Below are positions 38,242-50,382 of a stretch of DNA of 64,000 nt, piece after piece; position 1 is the first letter of the stretch; the number at the start of each line of letters is the position of its first letter. This stretch comes from Octopus sinensis (taxonomy: Eukaryota). The stretch is taken from contig NC_043005.1 of NCBI RefSeq assembly GCF_006345805.1, positions 9,176,001 through 9,240,000 of the forward strand. The letters are read 5' to 3'. The notes beneath the pieces are model-generated. The model was not told the origin of the DNA. It saw only the letters and a program-made list of their open reading frames with translations, and did not search any database. The translations under genes were made by a program, and so were the position numbers.

Positions 38242-39548
38242 ATGTTCCAAGCGAAGCGAGAATAGTCTTTACTTCTGCGTATATAGACCCCCTTTTCGTT
38301 AAAATTAATGTCAAAAAATGCATAATGCTATAAGTAAATTTGAAAGGAAATTGATATTATTATCTTATTTGTTATACTCGTAATGCACACGCGCTCGCGT
38401 GCACTAATACACACACATATACGCACACATACACATGAATGCACGCATAGATAGCCTAATATATAAATCTTACAGATGAATATGAATGTATAAAGAAAAC
38501 ATGTACGTATAGATATACATATACATATATACATATATAGAAATCTATATATATATATACGATGTGCGTTCAAAGTGTCCGACTTGAGTTTTTTCCACCA
38601 AAACTAATAACACATGGGCAAAATTCCTTGGGATGATGGGGGAGGAGTTGCTATTATGATTTCGTTGCTGGCACAATCCTCCTCTCAAAATAGTTTGGGC
38701 AGAAGTATTTAGCTTCGATGATTTGGTTATCTGCAGGTAACGAGGAAAGTGATGGTGGTTCACTTGGGGGTACCTTTAACATGCTTTTTATTACTCGCCC
38801 CGTACAAGGTTATTAAACCTCGCCGTTAAATGTCGAGATTTGTTAAATAATTATTTGTAATAAAATATGAGACAGATTTCCTGCTGGATATTTTTCAGGG
38901 CTATTTCTCGTGTTGGAACGTCGATTTCGTAAAGGTTTTGTTCAGTATACTGGCAGAGTCCCAGTTATAATTCGCCTATCCGTTCAGCATTTACTTGGAA
39001 TTTAATCTTTTCCCTATTGTTGTCTAGTAGCTTCTCTTTATGACGGTTTTTGCTGATATCTTGTAGTTTTTGTTGAAGCAACAATACACTGATCTGGGAG
39101 CTGTAGCAAGCATCTCTTCAATACTTTCCGTATACATACTTCAGATTTAAATTACTACTTTTAGTTCTAATTCAAAAGGCCCCTTTTGTATGAGGGCTTT
39201 AAACTGCTTGTCAAATTTATTGACTTTAAAGTTATTGATATGAACTTGCTGAAGTATATCTTCCCAACTATTAAAATAGTTTTCGGTATTCCTTTGATTT
39301 TTCGAGGAAACAATAATTTGTTAGTTTTTATACTCTCGCAGAATAACTATTTCTGCATAACTGTATTTTGCTGTTACCATTCATAGTCTAGTATGGAAGA
39401 AGTGGGCTGATTATTACTACTGTTCAGTTGCATACGCACGTTTCTGTGTAGATACTCACGAAGAAATATTCGTATATAACCTTACCTTATCTCACCTGCA
39501 TTCTATAGCACAACTAACTACCCATAATATGATATACCCTTTTTTTTT

Positions 39549-39946
39549 CACTCTTTTACTTGTTTCAGTCATTTGACTGCGGCCATGCTGGAGCACCGCC
39601 TTTAGTCGAGCAAATCGACCCCGGGACTTATTCTTTGTAAGCCCAGTACTTATTCTATCGGTCTCTTTTGCCGAACCGCTAAGTGACGGGGACGTAAACA
39701 CACCAGCATCGGTTGTCAAGCAATGTTAGGGGGACAAACACAGACACACGGACACACACACACACATATATATACATATATACGACAGGCTTCTTTCAGT
39801 TTCCGTCTACCAAATCCACTCACAAGGCATTGGTCGGCCCGGGGCTATAGCAGAAGACACTTGCCCAAGATGCCACGCAGTGGGACTGAACCCAGAACCA
39901 TGTGGTTGGTAGGCAAGCTACTTACCACACAGCCACTCCTGCGCCT
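39549..39946 (-). mobile_element. SINE family A, full length
   Basis: Homology to other family A copies. Confidence 0.92.
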
Positions 39947-41019
39947 ATTTGTTAACTTCGCCTATATGTTAACTTCGTTTAATCAGTAGTTGCATACGTC
40001 CAAACAGCGGTCTGACCACCATGGTCACCATGTTTATAAGAACTCCCGGTATGTGAAGCTTCACCGAGTTATATGCATTTTTCTTAACACTATTCAACGA
40101 TATTTCAAAATTCGAGGTATGACATATGAAGTAATCAATCCAATTCACTATGGATCTTAAAGCTGTAGAAAATAAGTAGTATTTCTATTTTGCTTGTGGA
40201 ACTATGTTACTTGATATTAGTTGTTGAGTTCTTTCTTTATTTTTTTCATTCTTTAACACTATACTTCTCCCTCAACGCGCTCATCTCACAATCGTTTTCT
40301 ATTCTTCTTTACCTTTTTTTCCTTCTGTGGTGTTACATTCTCGTTTTCACTGCTATTATCTCTACACTTATCTTTCTTCTCAATCTTATATTATCGTCAC
40401 ATATTCTCTACACAATTTGCAAAGTTCAACTGGAGTTTATCCATATATTTTAGAATCATTTTACTCTGTATCACATTCACGTTAAAGTTAACTCCGACAT
40501 ATAAATGACTTCCACTACCAAACCTTACTCCCTTTTCTACCTCCCTCTTGCATTAACGCTTCCTCTTTATACTAAATACAAAATATCAATTTCCAAATCT
40601 CCTCTGTCTGTCACTCAGCAGCATCGTGAACAGTAGTCAATGCAGCAGCAACGATAATAATAGCAGCAGTAGTATTACCGTCGCTACTGTTGTTATTGTT
40701 GTAGTGGATTTAGTTTTAATTAGTATTCTATGCTCAGCAAGCTACACTTATTCCGAGTCGAACTTCTGGCCAACGTACTTTCATTTTTATTATCAATCAT
40801 CATATAGGTGTTTTTCGTCGCCCTTCATGGCTTTTATTATTTTGCGAATATCTGTGAGCCTCACTGGTACGTAGGTGAGATAGTCATCTGTTAACACTCG
40901 TTACTCACCTTATCTTGTGTTGTGTTCTATTTTAGTGAAGGTATTTCTTTAATTATTCCCCAACCCCACTATATCAGGTAGTTTGCTTCAGTTCTTTCTG
41001 ATCGTCGCAAGGCGTCAGA

Positions 41020-41420
41020 AGTAGCACCACACATGAAGGTCGTGTGAGAGTGGTTCGTGTGTTTTTGGAGAGGCTCTTTGGATTATGAATGATACAATTT
41101 CTTTCCGACATTTTCTGATCAGTTATTCTAATAGTAATTGCTCTCGTAGCCTATTATGATTTTACTGTCTGCACTTTCTTCTTCTTTCAACAAAGACATC
41201 CCTGATATCACCCTTACTGCTATACGTGCAGGAACACAGATTTTCGTCTTTTCACGATCGGGGTTTATCTCTGCACTCCTGCAAACACTGGGTACATACC
41301 AAGAATCAGGGATTCCCAGTAGTGATATGCCCATAGTATTCCTATCACATCGCATGTCATTACAGGTCATGTCAGCGTTGATTAGCTCTGCTCATCGTAC
41401 TATGAATTAAGCATGGAACT
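41020..41420 (-). mobile_element. Highly degenerate R4/Dong RLE-region remnant
   Basis: GIPDSWY...DREKTKIC...IAV...SLLKEEE resembles the R4 WY.H..D(K)..C..IDIAVP..KE.EK pattern. Confidence 0.4.
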
Positions 41421-41639
41421 ATTGTTTTTCCACTCATATATCTTTCACAGTGACATCCCTGTTTTTGTAACTCATAAACTAGTAAAGTACCCTAATTATA
41501 GACGAATGATTCTTGCAAGAAGTAAACAAAACGACGCAAACAGCTAGAAATACTCTAAATATTCTCCCTGGTGACAAGAAATTGCAGATGAACACTTGAA
41601 AGGCATAATGGAAATATTTCCACAGAGTTTGTAATAGTA

Positions 41640-44075
41640 AAGATCGCGAGGAAAATTTGGGCTGATTAAAAGGAGCTCAATCATGATAATCCATGGATTA
41701 ATACGGAAAAAGGGGACACTGTACTTATCAATTAACTAATATGGGAAGAGATAAATGTAGGAAAAATTAGACCCATTTTTAATGTTGATAACAAAACATG
41801 AGACCCTGTAAAATCTTGAAGTAAATAGATGAATGGATTAAAGCCCAAAATATGAACACGGAGAAAAGTAGCCACCTTTCTAAAATTTACAATAGATAAA
41901 ACAAATGATAAAATAATCTTCCTAAAAAAAATACGTTATAAATACATTATAAACGAAAACGAGATTAACAGCACAACCTTGAATGAGGTACCCTATGCTG
42001 TTGCTTCAGTCTGCACGAAAATATGAGGCATTTAACTTAAAAAAAGAGTTGCATGTCTTCATATAGATCAAAAGTAGCAATAAAAATCAAGAAACAAATC
42101 GATGAACTTCGGTCATATATAGAAACATTAAAAAACGTAAGCAACGATCATAATATAAGACCATCTTACAAGACGAAGAAGAGAAAGTACGAATGGAAAT
42201 CAGAGCGTCAGTTTGCTGAAGTAGTGAAGAATCTAAAGCAAAATGTGCAGGTTGAAGCCACATGTATACACCACTTAGAAAAGCGATCCGGGTTTTTCAA
42301 AGATAACAACAAGGTTAAAAATCATCCAAAGGGATTTTGTAGCCATATTGGAAAGAACACCATCAAAATAGGAAACGTTTCCATAGAGTATGTAATAGAG
42401 GAGTTCGCGAGGTAAATTTGGGCTGATTTAAAGGAGCTCAACCGTGATAATCCATGGATTAACACGAAAAAAAGGTGACACTGAACTTATCAATTGGCTA
42501 ATATGGGAAGAGATAAATGTAGGAAAAACCAGACTCATTTTTAAAAAAGTGCAGTAAATGGAAGTCACATGCTATTGGTAAAATCCCATACTATTAGTTT
42601 AATGCGTGTACAAACTCACACAAAGAACTAACTTGTTATAACGCAATCATGAAAGAAACCGCAAACGACTCAAGAATGACTGGCGAATGATCTCACATAT
42701 TTGTTCCACAAAATCAATGAAACAAAAAAATCCTACGAAATACAGATGTGAAAATTCCCTATATCCTTCCCAATTGAACGTGCTTTTGAAATTAGCAACA
42801 TCTTCCTTGATGAACAAAACGGATACAAACATGGGTGTTATGAAGGCGGGGATCAACTGTTAATAAACAGAATGATTTTTTGAAGATTGTCACAACAGAA
42901 TAAAGTCACGCTGTGGCCTGCATAGACTACATGATGATCATTGATAGTCTTCCTCATTGCTGGAGATGCTCAAAACATCACCTATAATCAGTAATGTTGT
43001 ATCTCACACTGAAGATCGCAGAAGCAATATTAATTCTCAACACTGACACTACAAATATAAACGTTGGACATTTATATTAATTTATTAATATTAATTGTGG
43101 AGACCTGTTATCTCCTTTGTTATTCTGCTAAACACTCTTTCCTGAACGTAAACTCCTGGATCACACAAATTAAGGATACAGTGTGTATGGAAAAATAGAT
43201 ATTATCTCCTCTATATAGATGGTTTGAAACTAATCGCAAAAAAGTGACCAACTGTAAACATTTCTTCACACAATCAAACAATATAATGATAGCATGAAAG
43301 TGGATTTTGGCTTGACAAATGCGCCAAGAGAAAACTAACAAGCACATACAACTTCACCCTAAATAGATAAAATAATTAATACCTCAGATAAATAATTAAA
43401 ACCAAGATAAGATAAATCATGTCTCAGAGCATTCTTAAGTATCTGAGAGTATGAGAAGGAGATGGGACGAAACTCACCACTGAGAAAGTTAAGGAAGGAG
43501 TGCTACTGAAATGTAAGTGCCATTCCGATATAGGATACAGGGGCTACAATAAGGGTGGAGCTCTTGCAGAAAACAGCACTGCTTGGAAGCGCTCGAATAG
43601 TCCGGATGGTGCTCGAAAAAAAGGCGTGTTACCTTAGTTCTCTGGTAGTCAACAGCTGACCCCGTAGCATATCTGCAGCGTTAGAAGCTGTACAAAGAGG
43701 AAAGCAGAGGGAGCTAGGGATCTGGGACCAACCTGTAGCGGATAATGATCAAGCGGAGTAGCTGCATGAAATGCAAGATAGGTTAAGAAACATAGAAGGC
43801 CAAGAAGACATTAAAATAACTACAAAAATGATGAAAAAGCAGTTGAGAAAATTCCCAAATCGGAAACGTCCGGCCCGGATGGGTCCAAGGTTATTGGATG
43901 AAGAAGCTGAGCGGGTTCTATGAAAGGATAGCAAAACAGATAGGTGAATCCTTGCAGGAAGGTGCAGTACCCAGCTGGATGACAAGGAGAAAGACATTGT
44001 TATATGCCAAGGACGTTAGATTAATAACGTGTCTTCCGCTAATGTGGAAACTAATGTCAGGTGTATAAATATTTA
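41640..44075 (+). mobile_element. Mosaic of degenerate R4/Dong LINE fragments
   Basis: LKQNVQVEAT..LEKR..FFKDN (42053-42415); a GD.LSPL..LYIDGLKL..FGL.KCA RT region (43100-43340); ELLQKTALLGSARIVR 3' end (43555-43615); IWDQP..IKIT..LRKFPN.K.PGPDGVQGYWMK..LITCLPLMWKL (43710-44070); ~135-bp direct repeat at 41645 and 42407. Confidence 0.75.
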
Positions 44076-44231
44076 GAGGAAAAAGGGGCTGCTACCTATT
44101 GAACCGAAAGTGTGCCGAAAGAGGAGCCGGGGAACGAAGTATCAGCTCTCAATTTGATACCATAGTTGTATTCATTGTCCTGCAATAATGCTCTGCCTAT
44201 GCATCTATGAACTTTTCTTTGGATTTATGTA

Positions 44232-44281
<50 letters not shown>

Positions 44282-44659
44282 CTTTCTTTGTGTCATTCAT
44301 CTCTTCCGCTTTTGATCTCACAATGTGTATATGTTTCTATGAATCTACTTCTCTTGCGATGGGATAAACATTTAAAAGCACAAAACGAACGCCGTCACCA
44401 CTCACCGGCTCTTTCACTCTCTCTCACTCTCTCTCTCTCTTTCTTTCTCTCTTACGTCCCCTCTGAAGCATTTAAAAACACAAAACGAACGCCGTCACAC
44501 CTCACTGTTTTTTCACACTCTCTCTCTTTCTCTCTCACTTCTCACTTTCTCTCAATCTTTCTATTACTTCCTCTCTTTCCTCCGCTCTCTCGTTTTGCCA
44601 CTTGAAAGTAGTAAGTGTGACGCGCACAACAGGTACGTACAAAAGTGAAAATATTATTC

Positions 44660-44703
<44 letters not shown>

Positions 44704-44707
<4 letters not shown>

Positions 44708-45260
44708 GCCCTGATGCAGTACCAGACAGTGGCTCTCATGGCTTCTGATCTTAACTGATTGGAAGTGTTATCATGTACATTGTTTTGTCTTGGTATAAAA
44801 GTTGGCTACAGCAAATATTCTGCTCAATACCACAGATTTGCTTGTCAGTTGTTTGACCTTAACCAGTTGAGCATGTCCCTTAGTGGCTGACGATATGTGC
44901 ATCTCTGATCACGAGCAGAAGTAGTGGGGGAGCATCATAGCCATGTGTTGAGAGGGATTCTTTGGGGCTTGAATAATTCACCTCTGGAAACATGGGTGGT
45001 TCTTTCAACATCCTTAAACAACCCTTATTCAGGGACCTTTTGAGCGGGATGGGCTACTCGACCAGAAGAAAATTCAAAGTGGGCTCCACCTGCAAGGTTA
45101 TGCACTGTTTATCTTGATATCAGATCACCATGTCGCGCACATATGGTTGTGATGCATGTGCCTGGTGTACCCTTATCAGACGGGTAGTCATGATGGGTAT
45201 ATTGGGCTTCGTATAATTTACCCCAGTGTCACTTTGATGGCATGCACTGCTCTCTCACTC
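44704..45260. mobile_element. ~555-bp non-coding element inserted in (TAA)n, copy 1
   Basis: Same termini (aaatgccctgatgcagtacc ... cactgctctct.actc) as copy 2; AAT repeats on both sides. Confidence 0.85.
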
Positions 45261-45339
45261 AATAATAATAATAACAATAATAATTATAACAACAATAATA
45301 ACAACAACAACAACAACAACAATAATAACAATATTAATG

Positions 45340-45401
<62 letters not shown>

Positions 45402-45406
<5 letters not shown>

Positions 45407-45875
45407 TCCCGTGATAAGTGGTACAGGGAACATCAAGAGGATGATGTAGTAAATAGCGAGGGCGTCACTATCCATTGGAACTTTTCAATAGAGACAGAAA
45501 AATTTACTCCAATCGACCAGACATTGTGATCAAGGACTACAACTTGTCTGTTAATAGATATGTCTGTCCCACAAGATCAAAATGTCTCAAGAAAGGAATC
45601 CGAAAAACTTTCACACTATAAAGATCTTCAAATTGAAATCGCAAAAAATGTTGAAGCTTTGTACTACAAAAATACCAGTTGTAATTGGTGCGTTGGGAAT
45701 AATACAGAAGAGAGCTGAGATGTATATTAAGCAACTCCCTGGTAACTCCAATCTCTGTGAACTACAAAAGATAACCTTGATGGGTACAGCCCGTTTACTA
45801 GGGAAAACACTCTCTATCTAAAAATGGAATAAATGTGGTGATAATTTTAGCATGCACATTAACACAAAAGTGCCC
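45402..45875 (+). mobile_element. 5'-truncated R4/Dong fragment (RLE domain), second subfamily
   Basis: KWYREH..VTIHWNFSIET..RPDIVIKD..CLLIDMSVPQDQNVSRKESEKL..YKDLQIEI..IPVVIGALG..LQKITLMGTARLL. Confidence 0.85.
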
Positions 45876-45955
45876 TTACTACACGTGGCTTCCGGAGGGT
45901 GCCCAGTACTAAGGCAGCTGAAATAAAGCTATAATGAAAGGAAGCCATAAAGAAT
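45876..45955 (+). mobile_element. Short repeat ending in (TAA)n, probably a LINE 3' tail
   Basis: Reverse-complement copy at 48061-48130. Confidence 0.55.
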
Positions 45956-45986
45956 AATAATAAGGATGATGATGATGATGATGATG

Positions 45987-46051
<65 letters not shown>

Positions 46052-47108
46052 CGTGGAACAACACGATCATCCCCGACCTCAAACACCATGTACAAAGGAA
46101 CTACGAAGAAATTAAATGCCACCGATACTATTCAACCCAAGAATAACAATCGAGCGGTACGTACATTAAACCTACAACAAAAAATGTACGAAAAACTACA
46201 CGTGCGAAATAATGTGACAACAGAAATAAACGGACCGGTACCTTACGAAAATGACGACCGTCAAAATAATGGGCCGGACGTTGTACCTCATGTCCCGCAA
46301 TTAAAACCCAAAAGACGTAAATGGACACGTGAGGAATACATTTCTATCTTACACGCATACTTCACAGCAATGCTCTACCCACAAAATGAAAATACAACAC
46401 ATACATATAAAATATGGAAGGAAAATAATAGAGATATAGACTTGGATACAGCAATGAACCCTAATAAATTAGCTAACGTACGAAGATACATTCTCAAAGC
46501 CAAAAAAATATCAGAAATAGAAATAGAACATTTAAAAGAAAAAATACACCAGGAAAATGTAGATAGAAGCCACACAACAATGCCCAATAATATAAACACT
46601 GAAACTGTAAAACACGAAGACAAACGCAACATTCCCAACAAACACGATGTAAACAACGAAGGGGAGCCTAATGATTATGATAATATAAAAAATAAAATAA
46701 TCAAAGAACTGAAAACCACAGAGCCCAAAATGGACCACCAACCATACCTCCCAAGAAAGAATAAAAATAAACGCAATAACAACACCAATTATAAGCAACA
46801 TAAACCTAGCCGTCACTGAACTAGCCACCGAAACAAAAAAAACCTGAAAACAGAAACAATTCCTATCATAGTAGGTGCACTAGGCATGATAAAAAAATAT
46901 TCAGACAAATACATAACAAAAACACCAGGACTTAGAAACACATATAACATACAGAAAATTGCACTACTAGGCACTGCACACATCCTACGCAGAACATTTT
47001 CCATACAATAACCATCAGAGCATCACAACAAATCACAGCACATACCCAAGGCACACAGAGCTGCGCTCGGTAGTGAAGTGAAAGCACGCTATAAAAATAA
47101 AACTACTG
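46052..47108 (+). mobile_element. Internally deleted R4/Dong element (N-terminal ORF region fused to the RLE C-terminus and 3' UTR) in (TAA)n
   Basis: ORF 46088-46819 with KRRKWTREE..HAYF..IWKE..NKLANVRRYI..SEIEIE; at about 46841 it jumps to NLKTETIPIIVGALGMIKK..IQKIALLGTAHILRR; 3' UTR matches 157-260. Confidence 0.85.
46088..46819 (+). pseudogene. N-terminal (Myb-like RRKWT motif) portion of the R4/Dong ORF
   Basis: 243-aa open frame from the ORF track; no RT follows. Confidence 0.7.
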
Positions 47109-47203
47109 AATAATAATAATAATATAATAATAATAATAATAATAAAATAATAATAATAATAATAATAATAACAACAACAATAATAATAATAATAATAATA
47201 ATA

Positions 47204-47238
<35 letters not shown>

Positions 47239-47241
<3 letters not shown>

Positions 47242-47791
47242 GCCCTGATGCAGTACCAGGCAGTGGCTCTCATGGGGTCCGATCTTAACTGATTGTAAAT
47301 GTTATCATGTGCATAGTTTTGTCTTGGTATAAAAGATGGGCTACAGTAAATATTCTGCTCAATACCACAGATTTGCTTGTCAGTTGTTTGACCTTAACCA
47401 GTTGAGCATGTCCCTTAGTGGCTGACGATATGTGCATCTCTGATCACGAGCAGAAGTAGTGGGGGAGCATCATAGCCATGTGTTGACAGGGATTCTTTGG
47501 GGTTTGAATAGTTCACCTCTGGAAACATGGGTGTTTCGTTCAACATCCTGAACCCTTATTCAGGGACCTTTTGAGCGGGATGAGTTACTTGACCTGAAGA
47601 AAATCCTAACTGGGCCCCACTGGCAAGGTCATGTGCTGTTTATCTTGATATGAGATCACCATGTCGCGCACATATGGTTGTGATGCATGTGCCTAGTGTA
47701 TCCTTATCAGACGGGTATTCATGGTGTTTATACTGGGTTTCGTATATTTTACCCCAGTTTCACTTTGATGGCATACACTGCTCTCTAACTC
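47239..47791. mobile_element. ~555-bp non-coding element inserted in (TAA)n, copy 2
   Basis: Direct repeat of 44704-45260 with scattered substitutions. Confidence 0.85.
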
Positions 47792-47802
47792 AATAATAAT
47801 AA

Positions 47803-47876
47803 TCTGTCTGAGGTCCTTGTTGTGACTTGACAGACGTCTAAAGACTCCTGTGCATTTTTACCTATGTTACGAAGAA
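47803..47876 (+). mobile_element. Short LINE-like 3' tail remnant between AAT runs
   Basis: ctgtctgaggtccttgttgtgacttgacag...gaagaa followed by (TAA)n. Confidence 0.4.
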
Positions 47877-48832
47877 ATAATAATAATAATTACCGAACGT
47901 CAATAAACATAATGGTAGCAACAATATTAATACAATCAGCAATAATTTTAGTGATAAAAATGACTTCTAAAAGTTGTTATCTTTATTTAAAAAATTCTTT
48001 AATATACGCTCTGGAATATGCTACAGACAAATAAGAGTATCTGTATGTGAGTGCTTGTAAATGGCTTCCTTTCATTATAGCTTTATTTCAGCTGCCTTAG
48101 TACCGGGCACCCTCCAGAAGCCAAGTGTGCAAATGAGTCTGTGCTATGTGTGTATATTGCATTTCGCTCCAATAATATATATCTTAGTGAATTCTCATAA
48201 CAGACGAATACACACTTTCCAGATTAATCGCGAAAGTAAATTCATGAGATACATTTTAGTCATTCATTCATTCTGTAATCGGTGTTCTACGGTAATTCAT
48301 AAGCAATGTTCAATATTATTGAAGTCGGATTAAGAAACAAAATAAATACAGTAAACAAAGCCTCGATAAAAATAAACGTAATAATCTAAAAATGTATATA
48401 TTAATTAAAATGAAAATCCATACAATGCAAATTGCTACCTGCCGCCGGTGGTGGGTATTGAGGCATATTGGATGTTCTTGGTTTATTTTTACAATTAAAA
48501 TTTCCATCTTTTGAAATTGATTACCATAAGTGATTAATTAAAAACAAAATTATTTTCTCACGTCTCAAACAATAATTATCCAGAAGTTAGGCGTTATTCT
48601 AGAGTTAACATAGCTGTGATTGTAGACACACAAACAAAAATAGTGAACAAACAGAAATACCAAGAAAAAGAAATACCAGGTAAAAGTCAGGTAAAAACTG
48701 TTGGGAAAATGGGTAAGACATGTATACAAGTGCTCGAACGCATATTTAATACCATACACATACATACACACATACATACATACGTACATACATACATACA
48801 TACATAATATTATTTTATTCTATTATTTTTAA

Positions 48833-49361
48833 TTGTGTCAGTCATTTGTCTGCAGCCATGCTGGAGCACTGCCTTTAGTCGGAGAAATCGACCCCCAGGA
48901 CTCATTCTTTGTAAGCTTAGTACTTATTCTATCGGTTTCTTTTACCTAACCGGTAAGTTATGGGGACGTAAACGCACCAACATCGGTTGTCCAGCGATGG
49001 TGGTGGAGACAAATACAGACACAAAGCCACACACACATATATACATACTCACACTCACACACACACACACATAAAATAATTAAGATTCAGTTGAATTAGG
49101 TACTAAAATTGAAGCACCAAGCTAGTTCGGTATAATCCGCGCAGCTCGAAGTTAGGTAAATAAAAAGCAAATAAGTAGCAAAATATGCATCGATACCTGG
49201 ACGTCCTTGTTACTTACTTGCTTTGTATATGAGCTTCTTTCAGTTTCCGTTAACCAAATCCACTCAAAAGGCTTTGGTCAGCTCGGGGCTATAACAGAAA
49301 ACATTTGCTCTACCATGTGGTTAGGAAACAAGCTTCTTACCACGCAGCCACACCTTTGCCT
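48833..49361 (-). mobile_element. SINE family A interrupted at its internal microsatellite
   Basis: 3' half at 48833-49030 and 5' half at 49225-49361; the insert resembles 12315-12400. Confidence 0.75.
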
Positions 49362-49458
49362 ACATATATATAGATGATTATATACATATATACACATATA
49401 CATGTATACACATATATATATATAACTATATCCATGTGTGTACGTCTGTGGGTGCGTC

Positions 49459-49497
<39 letters not shown>

Positions 49498-49957
49498 TTG
49501 TGTGTGTGTTTGTCTATTGAAAGGAATGATTTTCCTTTGAGGAAGTGGACTCAGCTTTTCGATCGACCGAATAATTTGCCCTTGTATTAACGTGTAAATT
49601 GTTGAATATTTATCAGATAGCTGCCCATGAGTCATAATAGGACAATGCTACAACTTTTGAATTGCAGTGCGGATCTATCCAATGAGCTTCTGTGCAGTTT
49701 CTGCTTACCCATTTTCAGTCACAAGCTATGTATCAACTCAAAAAACTCGCACTGGGTTCAAACCAGTACTTCATGAGTGCAAAGACCCTTCTTAACAACT
49801 CTACCATGTGTGTATACATGTGTGCACGCGCATGTAAGGAATCTAGTCCTCTCAGCTTAGATTTTCTTGGGGCCGGTCAGATTGGAGCAGTCTCAAGTGT
49901 AGCCGGCCGAAACTTCTAAGATAGTCTAGTACTCAACTGAGGATAGGAAGCTTTTAT

Positions 49958-49984
<27 letters not shown>

Positions 49985-49988
<4 letters not shown>

Positions 49989-50135
49989 AGATCGTAATTC
50001 AAATAACGATCTTACCAAAGTGGGTATAAAAACATTCAAATGTAATAATTATTATTAAAATTATAATTTAGGGTATCTAAGAGATACCACCACGCTGGAA
50101 ATAGCTGACAAAACTTGACTCTAAAACCACATTTA
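49985..50135. repeat. Fragment of the 7780/34295 repeat family
   Basis: gggtatctaagagataccaccacgctggaaatagc...aaaacttgactcta. Confidence 0.65.
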
Positions 50136-50179
50136 ATATATATATATATTTATATGTATGTATATATATATGTGTATAT

Positions 50180-50270
<91 letters not shown>

Positions 50271-50287
50271 TATATATACGTATATAT

Positions 50288-50334
<47 letters not shown>

Positions 50335-50336
50335 GT

Positions 50337-50382
<46 letters not shown>

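Noticed and set aside
38545-38780. Mariner-like terminus tacgatgtgcgttcaaa
   Set aside because: No matching second terminus or transposase sequence found nearby
38900-39400. Possible PLE RT N-terminal remnant on the minus strand
   Set aside because: No diagnostic motif recovered
44704-47791. LTR-retrotransposon interpretation of the two 555-bp direct repeats
   Set aside because: No TG...CA ends, PBS/PPT or gag-pol; the interior is unrelated non-LTR fragments separated by TAA runs
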